A stretch of 64,000 nt of DNA. Source: the human T2T-CHM13v2.0 reference genome, Homo sapiens. The position numbers were made by a program, and so were the translations under genes. Every line of letters starts with the position of its first letter. Positions within the stretch are counted from its first letter, which is position 1. The notes beneath the pieces were generated by a model, which worked only from the letters and a program-made list of their open reading frames with translations, was not told the origin of the DNA and did not search any database. The DNA is taken from assembly GCF_009914755.1 (NCBI RefSeq), contig NC_060942.1. One strand, written 5' to 3'. Below, in pieces: positions 1-13,806 of the stretch.

Positions 1-396
1 TGCCCAGTGTCTTCCTAAAGACACACCCAGCCCTCTGGTTGCAGAAATCTTGTATCTAGATTTTACAAAGTTAAATTTGTAATCCACCCAAGCAAAAGGC
101 AGCCTGACTACAAAGAATACATGAACTGAGTCTTTAAGAAAAATGACAACAACTGGGAAATCCCTCCAACCTCTTATCACCCCATCTCCCTCCCTCATAG
201 CCATGCTTCTGTCGCTCTTCCCCTAACCCCCAAATATGTGGCAGTGGTTTTTCAGGTTCAGAAGACCCCCAATACATGAAGGAAGATATTTCCAGGGGTT
301 TAGGATACAGGTTCATTTCTTATGAAGATTCATAATTGGCTTTAGCCTGACATAGGTCAGTCTCAGATTTTTCGGGTTGTTAGCCCTCCTGGGTAC

Positions 397-495
397 CTTT
401 TCTTGTTGCTTCGGGTTCACCAGGTTGGCACTCCGGCTGACGGCCTGTTCTGCCTCATCTTTGTCCCGGCATTTCTGCTCATAGTTCTTCTTTGC
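397..495 (-). CDS. PSTPIP2: PSTPIP2 coding exon 7 (99 bp, phase 0/0)
   Basis: Acceptor gacaaag|GCA, donor AAG|gtaccc; encodes AKKNYEQKCRDKDEAEQAVSRSANLVNPKQQEK. Confidence 0.95.
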
Positions 496-816
496 CTTTG
501 TCATTATGAACAAAGAGAACCAAAACAAATGAACAGAGTGTAACCATGAAATGCAGCCCCCTTGGCCCAGGAAGTCCAGCATGGACAGGGCCGTCTGATT
601 AGTGCTCTGATTGTCACTAAGCCATGGGCTCCCAGAGGGCAGATGCTTTTTCTTATCAGTCTTTGAAAGCTCACTCTCTCTCTCTAGCCCTTTTTCAAAT
701 TATGTAATAGTGGCAACCTGATCAAGGAAGTAATAGCTCCTATTTGGCAACATAAAGTACATGAGCTTTAAAAATGGACTGAAACGAAAGATGGAATTTG
801 AAATAGACAAAATTAA

Positions 817-1146
<330 letters not shown>

Positions 1147-1328
1147 CTAAAACGTGTGGTCTAAAATTTATGAAACATTCATAATCCTAAGAATGCCTGT
1201 ACAAACACTTGGTTATTTGGCACCAACTCACTCTAATTCTAACGAGGCCTCAATATTCACCACAGCATGTGAACAGCCGGCAGGTTACCAATGCCATCAT
1301 TTATTTTGCTTAAAGATAGTCATGTTCC

Positions 1329-1628
1329 TTATTTATTTATTTATTGAGACAGAGTCTAGCTTTGTCACACAAGCAGGAGTGCAGTAGTGCAATCTCGGCT
1401 CACTGCAGCCTCTGACTCCTGGGTTCAAGCGATTCTCCTGCCTCAGTCTCCCTAGTAGCTGGGACTACAGGCAAGCAAACATCATGCCCCGCTGATTTTT
1501 GTGTTTTCAGTAGAGACAGGGTTTCACTATGTTGGCCAGGCTGGTCTCGAACTCCTGACCTCAGGTGATCCACCCGCCTCGGCCTCCCAAAGTGCTGGGA
1601 TTACAGGCATGAGCCACTGCACCCAGCC
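1329..1628 (-). mobile_element. Alu (S-like)
   Basis: Dimeric Alu consensus, antisense. Confidence 0.9.
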
Positions 1629-1899
1629 AGTGTTCTTTTTTTATTTAAAGAATTCTGTTTTATGTAGTTTAAACGTAGGCCATGGTCTATCGTGTGCTAC
1701 CATTGCCACCAGTATTATGGAAACAGATCACAAACTATAATCATTAGTGAATCATAAAAATAATTTTCTGTTTCAACTGTGAAAGCAAAGACTTTTTTAA
1801 ACACCAAAGCTGTTTTATCTTAATTCCAGGAAGTGGGAAGAAAACCAACAAAGCTGTGAATCAGTTAGCTAATAAATAAAAATGATGAGAAAGAATGGT

Positions 1900-4680
1900 T
1901 GACTAAGATAAATAAAGAAAATACGGCACATATACACAATGGAACACTACTCCACTATAAAAATAATGAAATCCTGTCATCAGTGGCAACATGGATAAGC
2001 CTGAAGGACATTATGTTAAGTGAAATAAACCCTTTGATCTACTGATTTCCTTTCCTTTGGATAAATACCTGGTAGTGGGACTGTTAGATCATATAGTAAG
2101 TCTATTTGTAGTTTTTTGAGAAATCTCCATACTGTTCTCCATAGTGGCTGTACTAGTTTACATTCCCACCAACAGTGTGTAAGAGTTCCTTTTTCTTTAA
2201 AGCCTTGTCAGCATTTGTTATTTTTTGTCTTTTTGATAACAGCCATCCTAACTGGGGTGAGATGGTATCTCATTGTGGTTTTAAGTTGTAGTTCTCTGAT
2301 GATTAGTGATGTTGAGCATTAAAAAATATATTTGTTTGCCATTTGTATGTCTTCTTTTGAGAAATGTCTACTCAGATCCGTTGCCCATTTTTTTAACCAA
2401 TTGTTTGTTTTTTTTCTTTGCTGTTGAGTTGTTTGAGTTCCTTGTGTATTTTGGATATTAGTCTCTTGTCAGATGAATAATTTGCATATTTTCTCCCATT
2501 GTAACCACTGTAAGTGTTCAATTCAGTGGTATTAGATACATTTATAAAGTTACATAACCATCACCACCATCCATCTCCGTAACTCTTTTTATCTTATAAA
2601 ACTGAAATTCTATGCCCGTTAAACAATAACATCTCAACTTCTTCTTTCCCCAGCCCTTAGCAACCACCATTCTATGTTCTGTCTCCCTTTCATTATTTTT
2701 TTTTAATTTAAAAAAATTTTTGTGGGTACATAGTAGGTTTATATACTTATGGGGTATATGAGATGTTTTGATGCAGGCATGCAATGCAAAATAAGCACAT
2801 CATGGAGAATGGGGCATCCATCCCCTCAAGCATTTATTCTTTGAGTTACAAACAATCCAATTACATTCTTTAAGTTATTTAAAAATATATAATTAAGTGA
2901 TTATTGACTATAATCACCATATCATGCTATCATCCCCTTCAGTTTTAGAAGATATTTTCACTGGATATGGGGTTATGTGTTAACAGTTCTTTTCTTTCAG
3001 CATTTGCGATATGTTGTGCCACTTCCTCATAGTCTCCATGGTTTCTAATAGGAAATCTGCTGTCATTGGTTTTCCCTTTTAGGTTTTCCCTTTTAGTGAA
3101 GGTGTCATTTCTCTCTCATTTAGTTTTCAGAAGTTCGATTATATGTCTTGGTATGGATTTCTTTGGGTTTATCTTGGTTACAGTTTAATCAGCCTCTGGG
3201 ATATATAGATTTATGTCTTTTGCTAAATTTGGAAATTTTTCAGCCATTATTTCTTCAAATAATGACATAAAGCTGGGCTTTTTCAGCCCACCTTCCTTCT
3301 CCTCACCTTTTAGTATCACAGAGACATTAGTGTTAGATCTTTTCTTATAGTGCAAAAAGTCCCTGAGGCTCTGTTAATTTTTTTCAGCTTATTTTCTCTC
3401 TGTTGTTCATGTCTGGTAATTTATATTATTCTGTCTTCCAGTTAACCAATTCTTTCTTCTGTCTCTTCCATTCTCTTCTTAAGCCCACATATTGGGTTTT
3501 CTAAAATTTTGATTATTATATTTTTCAGTTCTAAAATTTCCATTTGGTTCATCTTTATATCTTCTATTTCTTTGCTGAGCTTTTCTATTTCTTTGCCAGT
3601 CCTTCCTTTGTTTCTTTCATTTGTTTCAAGTGTGAATCAGGTGTAGTGGCACATGCCTGTAATTCCAGCTACTCAGGAGGCTGAGGTAGGAGAATCACTT
3701 GAGCCCAGGAATTCAAGGCCAGCCTGGGCAACATTGTGAGACCCCCCCATCTCAAAAAAAGTGTCTTTGTAATTGCTTGCTGAATATTTTGATAGTGGAT
3801 GCTGTAAAATCTTCGTCACATAATTCCAACATCTCTGTTATCTAGATCTTGGCAGCTATTGATTGTCTTTCTTTTCATGGAGTTTCGTATCTTTCTGGTA
3901 TGAAGAGTGATATTTGATTGATTTGGGGGAATTTTTGGTATTATGTTACAAGACTCTGGATTTTATTTAAGGCTTCTGTTTTAGCTAGCTTCCTCAGGAC
4001 ACCACTCCAGCAGGGGAAGGTGAGGCATCATCTCATTACTGTCATGTGAGTGTGAAAGTCCAGGTTTCCCCTCCTTGGTCTCCACTGACACCACAGAGTG
4101 TGTGTGACCCAGTTACTACTGGAAAGTGGTTAAAGTTCTCACTCTCCACTAGACCTCCTTAGACACCATCCCAGGAGGGAGAGGGTGTACATCATTATTT
4201 CCCGGTGCAGGTGGAAGTCAGGGTTCCCCACATAGCTCCCAATAACACTGTGTAGAGGAGGCTCTGTTACCTCCTGGTGGGAGTGAAAGTCCTGGTCCCC
4301 TATTTGTTCTCTGTTGCCACCTTGGCAGGGGAGTTGGGTGCTCTCTACAGCCTGGTGTGGTGGAAGTTTAGACTCTCCACTTGGCCTTTGCTGATGTGTG
4401 GAGGTGGGTCCCCAGGTTTTTTACGTGGTGTTTGGCTGCAGTAGAATGGTTATTTTCTAAAGTTTCTGTCCTGCTAGGCTGCCCCTTTTCTGGTCTTTTG
4501 GTTAGAGAGAACAGGTTTTTCTTGGAGCTTTTTATTTATTTTTTTTATTTTTTTAATTTTTGGTCTATGACCATTGGCATTTCTGGGATGCCTGCTTCTT
4601 TGGCACTCAGTCTGTGATAAATGAGGCAAAAAGAAAGCCCAGGGAACCCTTGTCAGGTTGTTCTTTGAGTCCAAGGTCAC
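1900..4680 (-). mobile_element. Cluster of old L1M fragments, mostly minus strand (1900-2030 is plus strand), with a FLAM-like monomer at about 3638-3760
   Basis: L1 ORF2-end and 3'UTR-like text, e.g. tttacattcccaccaacagtgtgtaagagttcc. Confidence 0.7.
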
Positions 4681-4715
4681 TAGCCAGTGTGCCTTCTTCT
4701 CTCCCCCTTTCAGAG

Positions 4716-5026
4716 TTTTTTTTTTTTTTTTTGAGACAGAGTTTCACTCTTGTTGCCCAGGCTGGAGTATGCAATAGTGCGATCTCGGCTCACCGCAACC
4801 TCCACCTCCTGGGTTCAAGCGATTCTCCTGCCTCAACTTCCCAAGTAGCTGGGATTACAGGTGCACACCACCACACCCAGCTAATTTTTTTTTTTTTTGT
4901 ATTTTTAGTAGAGTCGCGGTTTTGCCATGTTGGCCAGGCTGGTCTCGAACTCCTGACCTCAGGTGATCCACCTGCCTCGGCCTCCCGAAGTGCTGGGATT
5001 ACAGGTGTGAGCCACTATACCCAGCC
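4716..5026 (-). mobile_element. Alu (S-like)
   Basis: Alu consensus. Confidence 0.9.
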
Positions 5027-5699
5027 AGAAAGTTATATTTTGATAAGCCTTTCTCTTTAATTATAAAAAATCTTGCCCCAGATTGTTTAAAATATAAAAG
5101 GTCTGGGAAAAATCATCTATCAACTAACACTATTTCTGTATTACACTGACATCATTCCCTATTTATCAATTGTTTTTGAGGGATTTCTGCATCAAGGAGA
5201 AAAAGAATGCAGCAGAACAGATTGCATATGCTATCAACACTGGTGACACTTCCCTATTACATCCTACTCGTAGAATATCATGATGATACTTCGGTGTCAA
5301 GATGGAGTCATATATGTTCTAATAACAGAGTTTGTTGTATCCAGAGTCAACAGATACATAAAAGCTAGAGAGAGATTTCTAGCAACTTGTCCAATCTCTG
5401 TCTTGCCAACATTTTTTAAATAAATTACTTAAAGGAAAAGTTTTTATAATTTTCAGATATCTTAAAACAGAAAGGGATCACTCAATAAAATAGGTAAGCA
5501 ATCAAGATTCAAAATAGTAACAGGGTAAAATTGCAAATTCTATAAGATAAAGGGTATTGTACACTATATATGTTTTTGTATCTTTGCCTAAAATATTTGA
5601 ACTGACTTGCTATATTTTCTCGGGTTACCAGAAAGATAACCCTGTTGCATTTCCACTATCTAGTGTCACTTTCAATCTTTCCAAGGCCTTAAAAAAAGA

Positions 5700-6275
5700 A
5701 AAACCTTATACACTGTTGGTGGGAGTATAAATTGGTTCAACCATTGTGGAAAGCAGTATGGAGATTCCTCAAAGAACTAAAAGCAGAACTACCATTTGAC
5801 CCAGCAATCCCATTACTGGGTATACACCCAGAGGAATATAAAGCATTCTACCCTAAAGACACATGCACGTGAATGTTCATTGCAGCACTGTTCATAATAG
5901 CAAAGACACGGAATCAACCTAAATGCCAATCAATGACAGACTGGATAAAGAATATGTGGTACATATACACCATGGAATACTATGCAACCATAAAAAAGAA
6001 TGAAATCATGTCTTTTGAGGAAACATGGATAGAACTGGAGGCTATCATCCTTAGCAAACTAATGCAGGAACAGAAAACCAAATACCACATGTTCTCACTT
6101 ATAAGTGGGAGCTAAATGATAAGAACTTATGAATATAAAGAAGGAAATAACAGACACTGGGGTCTAATTGAGAGGGAGGGTGAGAGGAGGGAGAGGAGCA
6201 GAAAAGATAACTATTGGGTACTGAACTTAATCTCTGGGTAATGTAATAATATGTACAACAACAACAAAAAAGAAA
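5700..6275 (+). mobile_element. L1 3' fragment (older L1PA/L1PB type)
   Basis: MFIAALFIIAK...WYIYTMEYY ORF2 C-terminus plus 3'UTR. Confidence 0.85.
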
Positions 6276-6429
6276 ACCCAAAGCATTTAAGGTTGTTTTC
6301 CCTAAAACACTGCACTAATAAATAATAACATTTTTGAAATGTTATTTGAGTAGGAATATGTTCATACACAGCACAGGATTTCAGAAAATGTCACCATTAT
6401 CCCAAAAAAGACAATAAAATGTGACTCAC

Positions 6430-6492
6430 ATCCATGGTTTTCTTGAATTGTAAGCTCTTTTGTTTATGGATAGCATCCATTATGAGCTCTGT
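6430..6492 (-). CDS. PSTPIP2: PSTPIP2 coding exon 6 (63 bp, phase 0/0)
   Basis: Acceptor tctctttacag|ACA, donor GAT|gtgagt; encodes TELIMDAIHKQKSLQFKKTMD; absent from the ORF track. Confidence 0.95.
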
Positions 6493-7018
6493 CTGTAAAG
6501 AGATCATAAACACTCTTAATAAAAACACAAATCATTATTAATAAAAACAGAAATCATTATCAATACCAGCTTATCTTGAGGGTTAAGTGTTCAAAATGAT
6601 TACCCACATTTCACAATCTTCAGAGAAAAGAGACCAAACAATTTGCCTAAGCTCTTATTCCTAGCTAATAACGGGGCCCATCTTTGAACTTGTGCAGGCA
6701 AACACCAAAGCCTGAACTCTCAGACACAGTGGAGACTCACTGATCACCTTAGAGCAGTCTCTTCAGTAAAATCTGGAATCAAGGAACTTTGGTTTCAAAA
6801 AGGAATTTTAAAACTTTTGTTAAAGTGCCATTTATATTTTAAAAGAGGTCTTTATTCTATAAGTATACATCAGCACAGTTAAATTCGGTACTTGTAAACA
6901 TTCATTTCTGCAGCCCATCAGTGACACATCCATGACCATCAGGGTGCCCGGGCAGTATGAAGGAAAAAAGAATTTGTAAGACAACTAAAAGAAGCTGTTC
7001 TGTTACTCTTTTATTCCA

Positions 7019-7318
7019 TTTTTTTATTTTTTAAGACAGAGTCTCACTCTGTCACCCAGGCTGGAGTGCAGTGGCATGATCTCAGCTGACTACAACCTCT
7101 GCCTCCTGGGTTCAAGCAATTCTCGTGCCTCAGCCTCCAGAGTAGCTGGGATTACAAGCCTGCACCACCACACCTGGCTAATTTTTGCACTTTTAGTAGA
7201 GATGGGGTTTCACCTTGTTGGCCAGGCTGGTCTCAAACTCCTGACCTCAGGTGATCCACCCAGCTCGGCCTCCCAAAGTGCTGGGATTACAGGTATGAGC
7301 CACCATGCCCAGCCCTGC

Positions 7319-7349
<31 letters not shown>

Positions 7350-7635
7350 CTGAGACAGAGTTTGCTCTTAATGCCCAGGCTAGAGTGCAGTGGTGCAATC
7401 TCAGCTCACTGCAACCTCCGCCTTCTGGTTTCAAGCGAGTCTCCTGCCTCTCAGCCTCCCAAGTCACTGGGATTGCAGGCACCCGCCACCACGCCCAGCT
7501 AATTTTTTTGTATTTTGAGTAGAGACAGGGTTTCACCATGTTGGTCAGGCTGGTCTCGAACTGCTGACCTCATGATCCACCCACCTCGGCCTCCCAAAGT
7601 GCTGGGATTACAGTCATGAGCCACCGCGCCCGGCC
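7019..7635 (-). mobile_element. Two tandem Alus (7019-7314, 7322-7635)
   Basis: Alu consensus twice; target motif ctg(t/c)tact occurs three times. Confidence 0.9.
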
Positions 7636-7789
7636 TCCCTGTTACTTTTTATACCCCATCCAAGTGAGGTAAATGCCTCGCTTGGGAGTAAATTCTTTAT
7701 TGTGGCAGTGCTGTTAATACTTGTTAGCAAAAATAATGGTGTTAATAATAAAGATGTACCTCCCAGACATAATTATAGTAGCTTCCATT

Positions 7790-7950
7790 TATCAAGCACT
7801 TACGCGCTAAGCAGTTTTCATGCATCACAACTATGTGAGTACTATCACTCCCATTTTCCTGATGGTACTGAAGTTGATTAACATACCAAAGTAACACAGT
7901 CAGCAAGTAATAGAATTGAAATTTGAACCCAGTAGCCCTGACTCCAGTGC
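7790..7950 (-). mobile_element. MIR fragment
   Basis: ccattttcctgatggtactgaag...atttgaacccag MIR-core-like. Confidence 0.55.
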
Positions 7951-9270
7951 CCTTTTGTTTCTCATTATTACCCAAATTGTCATTATCCTTATGATAGCTC
8001 TATAAAACCAAACTGTAAACAACGAAAAGATGCGAAAATTCAAAATGAGCAATGACACTAACGCTGTGCAAAAATGATATAACATTGAAAATAAAATTCA
8101 AATGTAGTTCCTTCCAGACAGAGAAAACTTAAGTTTTTGTCTGCTACCATAACACATAAACATTGTTAGAAGAATTTTGAAGATATCCGGAAGGAATATT
8201 GGGAATGGTCTCACTTCAAATATGAGCTTTGTGGAGTACATGAAATTCCCTTGGAGGAGCTTCAAAGGAGCCCTCAGAAAACCCAGCAGTCATCTTCCAG
8301 CCCATGTGAAAGTCAGGTGCCAGGTGCTGGCCATTCGCCTGCTAATGGCGAAGGCAGCAGAGACATAGAGAATAGACAAGGTTCCAAGAGGAGCCCAGCA
8401 TGGAAAGACACACGGCAGATCCCTGCCACTGCAGTCAGGAACCTGCGGTTCACATGCATGACTGTGTCCCTCTGCCAGGAGGAGAAGCTGGGTTTATTTA
8501 TTTAATAATGGTTCCCAATTTTCCCAGGCTACACAGAGCAGATCAGTTAGCAACGTTGGTCTATTCCAAAGTCTTTTCTAGTCTGAATATACATATGGCC
8601 ACTCTTATAGTTGGGAGCTGCTACTATATTATATTTTGTGGCCCCAGCTAGGCCACCTTACCTGTAAGATCTATATAACACTTGCTTCAAACACCTCTCA
8701 GGTGGCTGCAACATTCCACCACCAGCCAACCCTGTTCACCTCCTATCATTCCTGTCTCTGCCTTCAAGGATTCCTGGGCTTTGAAACTTGGTAGGAATCT
8801 AGAAAGCATCCATCCACCTCCCTAACTTGACAGGCGTGGACCCTGGGGCCCAAGAGGTGAGACACTTTGCTCAAGGTCACTCGTGAGTTAGTGGCAGAGA
8901 CATCAGGTCCAGCTCTGTCTGCTACACTACCTGGATTTACGTGTCCTTGTGTCCATATTCACTTATGGGGTGACATTTGTGGTGACCCCAGTGAGCCAAA
9001 GGTGCCCTTTCAGAGCTCCTCAGGGCAGTGTCTCTTCTGAGACTCAGACTTTCTGCTCAGACCAAATCCAATGGAAATGTGATTGGGTTTTATTACTGAT
9101 AACACAAAGGAATGCAGAAACACAACTATCTCTGCCATAGGGTGGGGAAAGGCAAGAGAGGGAGAAAGGAAGAGGAAACTTGCAAGTGACCCCTATAACC
9201 CTGAGAGAGACTATTGGAATAGCTGCTTCATGGCCCGTTTTTCTCTCTACTCACACTCAAGCTGTATTCT

Positions 9271-9568
9271 ATTTTTTATTTTTATTTTTTGTTTTTTTGA
9301 GACAGAGTCTCACTCTGTTGCCCAGGCTGGAGTGCAGTGGCGTGATCTCTGCCCACCCCCCACCCCGGTTTCAAGCAATTCTCCTGCCTCAGCTTCCCGA
9401 GTAACTGGGATTACAGGCATGAGTGACCACACCTGGCTAATTTTCGTATTTTTAGTAGAGACGGGGTTTTGCCATGTTGGCCAGGCTGGTTTCAAACTCC
9501 TGACCTCAGGTGATGCGCCCACCTCGGCAAAGTGCTGGGATTAGAGTCGTGAGCCACCTTGCCCAGCC
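9271..9568 (-). mobile_element. Alu with TSD aagctgtattct
   Basis: Alu consensus and flanking direct repeat. Confidence 0.9.
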
Positions 9569-10320
9569 TTAAGCTGTATTCTAAAAACTGGAAGCATCGC
9601 CTCTGTAACCACGGAGGTTCCTTTCTTTGGAGACCGCTCTCCACACAGGCAGCACGAAACTCTCCCATGACCATCCCAATCTTAGCTGAGGTGATAAAAC
9701 CATGTGGGTGCCAGAGTACAGTGTCTGATCATGTGTTGTCATTGTCATGCTACAGACAGTTATGGACTGGGGAAGAAACCTCATGACCCTCAAGTGTCAA
9801 TACCGCTGAGAATGGCTCCTAAGACCCCTCCCTACCCTGCCAACCCCCTGGGGTGAGTATCTCACTCCTCTATACAGCCTTTCACCCCACTGGTTTTAGC
9901 ATCAATGTCCTTCTTTTGGGAGGCCTTCCCAAGCCTCCAGATGACATTACGTGTTCCCACTGTGTGTTCAGATAGCGTCTTCCTCCCCCCCATCATGTAA
10001 GGCACATCACGCTTTACCATGATTCCTGGGTCACATCCGTCTATCTGGCCCTGCTCTCATGCTTAGTGAGAGAAGGATGACCATGTACGTCTTGGTCACC
10101 ACCTTCATAAAACATTAGCTGCGAGGGACCATACCATGAACTTCTGGCCAGCCCTTCCAGGACCTGCACCTCTTGTGCCCTCATTTATTAAAAGAAACCA
10201 ACTGATGGTTTTCCTTAAGTGGAAATGGCTTAATTTCCAAGAAGTGAAAGACCAAAGCGTGTGTCTGACCAGTGAAAAATGAGAAGTTAGCATTGGCACA
10301 TTTTCTTCCAAAGTTTTATG

Positions 10321-10324
<4 letters not shown>

Positions 10325-10355
<31 letters not shown>
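10325..10355 (+). repeat. A31 homopolymer
   Basis: Uninterrupted A run with no recognisable SINE body attached. Confidence 0.9.
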
Positions 10356-10357
<2 letters not shown>

Positions 10358-12143
10358 AGCTAAATACGGAAGTGGTAAAACCCAGAGTTCATTTTGACAC
10401 AAGTAATTACAATTTTATTAATAAAATGTGGACTTCTCAAAGAAAGCTTTGAAGGTATTATCCCACTGCAGATGGCACACAGAATAAAGGGAACTTAGAG
10501 GGTGGCAGGGGACTGAGCACAGGTGACTTACACTATTGCTTAACACAGTTCAGAGCAGAGTTCAGTTCTAGCTTAAAATAATTTGGTCTGTGTAGCTTAT
10601 TAGGATGAGGAAGTTTCAGAAACCTTGCAAAATTAACAAACTCTCCCTGAAAGGACTAGGGCTACCAAGGAGGGCACTTAAAACATGCAAGGAAATGATT
10701 CTCCTCTCCTCTGAGGGGAAGTCATGCGTGCCTAGACTCTGGTTGTCTAAGGCATTTTTGATTCTGAAAAATTGTAATTCCCCTAGAGGGGTGAGCAGTC
10801 CTGGCTATGTCAGCCAAAAGGGTCTGACCATCCAATGGGTTTAATACACATGCTATTTCTGCTCTGAAAAAAGGCTTCAGGTCAGAGGCACTCCTCAAAC
10901 CTGATACATCAAGCTTGAGAGAGTATGTCAAAGCACCTGACAGGGTGTTCCCATGTTCATTTCTACCCTTCCTTCCTGGTAAAAGGAACAGCACAAGTAC
11001 AGGTGTAAGATGGAAGAGGCAGTAGTGTGCTAAAAGCAGCTGGTGAAACAGCAATAGGGGTAAAGCAGGAAGGCTCTTAGGATGCTGCTGCCCACCATAG
11101 AGGCCAGTGGCCGCCAGGGAAGCTGGACCTAGACTCCAACCCAGAACCACAGGCAAAGTTGCTGAGACTGAGGTCAAGGTAGAATCAGCCTTAACAGCTG
11201 GCTGCTTATCAGATATGCTCATTGCAGACAGCAAGCTCAGGCCCAGGATAAGGAAAGGTTTCCAAAGGGACCCCCGGGCAGGGTGAAAGAGGTCACCAAA
11301 AGTCACGCAGAGCTGTGCCGGGAGACCTGGTTAGACATCTTTGGGTGCCAGATAGAGAAGAGCTTGTCTCCCATGTGAGGCCCAGGTTCCAGTCTTGAAA
11401 ACCAGACACAGAAAAAAATTCTCTAAGGACCCTACATGGCTGCAGGATCAGCCTGAATATCCAGTCTTTCAGGAACAAAATAGAAGAGAACAGAGTTGTG
11501 GCTGGTCTAGTCTAACTAACACTTTGATATAAACCTGGACTTCTTTTCTTGATCCCAAATATTTGTCAGTTTTATTAACTCTTGTTCACCCTTGTCTTCT
11601 TCCATGTAGTTGGTCAGAGTAAATCTCATGAATGAAAAAGAGCCTATGTATAGCTGCTTTGAAGACAAGAGTACTCGGAGTTCCCAGGGCTTCAGTTTTC
11701 CCATTTGTACAGTAGAGTAGTTGGACTACATTATGGTCTTCAGGGGGAGCGGGAGTCTCTTCCACTACTTCTCCCTTCCCCTATTGCCTTGTCCAGGATG
11801 AGGAGTGTGGTTTTGGGAGCCGTCCAGCTGGGATGTGCTAGAGTCTATTGAATTCAGAGGGTTCCCCTTTCCATTCATAGTCTGAATAGCGGCAGCAGAC
11901 CTGAAGAGGAATGCAAGCTGGACCTCTGAATCCTATGTGAACTTTAAAAAAGGACAACTGGCCTGGGGTGTAGAAATGCATATACCCATCTGGACTGAGT
12001 CCCCATGTGGGGACTCCAGTAAGTAATTTCTCAGGTCATGATTACATGATGGTGGGAGCTGAGCTGAGGAGTATAATGAACAAACAAGCCTGCGGTTTTC
12101 TATAGGAGGAAAGGAAACACCTTAACACGTATGCAAATCCAAC

Positions 12144-12250
12144 CTTTTTTCGTTGTAGTTTTTGCTTTTCCCTGAATTCTTCCATCTTCCTGGCCTCTTC
12201 TCTTAAACTCTGTGCAAGCTGAATGTGACATTGTGCCACATTGTCTACTT
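12144..12250 (-). CDS. PSTPIP2: PSTPIP2 coding exon 5 (107 bp, phase 1/0)
   Basis: Acceptor ttttttgcag|AA, donor AAG|gttgga; encodes VDNVAQCHIQLAQSLREEARKMEEFREKQKLQRKK. Confidence 0.96.
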
Positions 12251-13455
12251 CTGCAAAAAAGAATTAAAAAAAAAATCAAGGTCTACATATGTCTGAATTA
12301 AAATATATAAAATCATACAAAATAAATATGTATATACAAAATACTGGAGTAAGTGGTAAAATCAACATCACTTCATTTGGTCACCAACATGTATTGAACC
12401 TCTCCATATGTCCAGCATAGCCCTGGCCACCAGGATCAAAGCTAGAAGATCTTTAGCTTAGCCTCCTACCACTACTGTTACTAACCTAGGGTGCCCAGGA
12501 CTAGGGAGAAAAGCAGCCAAAGTTCCATTTCATGAAGGTTACATCCTAGGAGACATTACCAAAGCCAGCACAATTTCAAATTTGACTCTTCATTCTCTGT
12601 AGATGACCTCTAAGTTTCCTTCCATCTCTAATGTCTCATGAGCCTAAATGTTTATAAGAAAGGTCATATGCCAAAATTTTGGCTACCAATAGTTATCTCT
12701 GGGTAGAAAGATTATTGCTGATTTTTCCCCTTATTTTTTAAGATCTATACAAGGAGTATGGCCTGCCTTTGTAAAAGAAAAGAATAAATACTTGTTCTAA
12801 GAAAACAAATCAAAGCATGGCATTAAAGCTAAAAAGTCTGACAGATAAAGCTAGAAAGACTGAAAGATGGTCAGATTGATCTAAGAAAAAAATTTAAACT
12901 TGTGGGTATCAAAACCTTGAAGAAGGTTAAAAGATACATGACAAACTGGAAACATATTTGCAATTTATATAACAAAGAGCAATTAGCTATATCAAAAGAG
13001 CTTCCACAAATCAAAAGAAAAATACATATTCCAGTATTTAAAAACCAGTTAAAGAACATGAAATTCAAAAAAGAGTGGCTAAATGGCCAATAAACATTTG
13101 GAAATACACCCAGCCTTAAAACTACTGAAAAAAATGCAAAACTTTAAAATGTAAACCTTTCAGTTGGGCAAAATTTTTAAAGCACAAATATTCTTGATAT
13201 TGGCAAGCATGGGACAAAACAGCACTGTTGGGGAAAAAAAAAACAGCACAACCTTTCTGGAGGAAATTTGGCATTTTTTAGAAACGAAATTTTTTAAATG
13301 TAAAAGAACGAGGCAGATCTATATGAATTGAAACGAAAAGCTGTCTATGATATATTGTTAAGTAAAACAAACTATAGAGAGAGATGTATAGTATAACAGC
13401 ATAAAAACTCATTCACGTCTATATGCATATGTGCATCTACAATTAAAAAAGAGTT

Positions 13456-13806
<351 letters not shown>

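Noticed and set aside
10325-10355. Orphan A31 run as a severely truncated retrotransposon insertion
   Set aside because: No convincing TSD around it
10722-11306. 194-aa minus-strand ORF, and similar ORFs at 43545-44048, 41483-41938 and 16066-16512
   Set aside because: No recognisable domain or supporting splice structure; compatible with chance open frames
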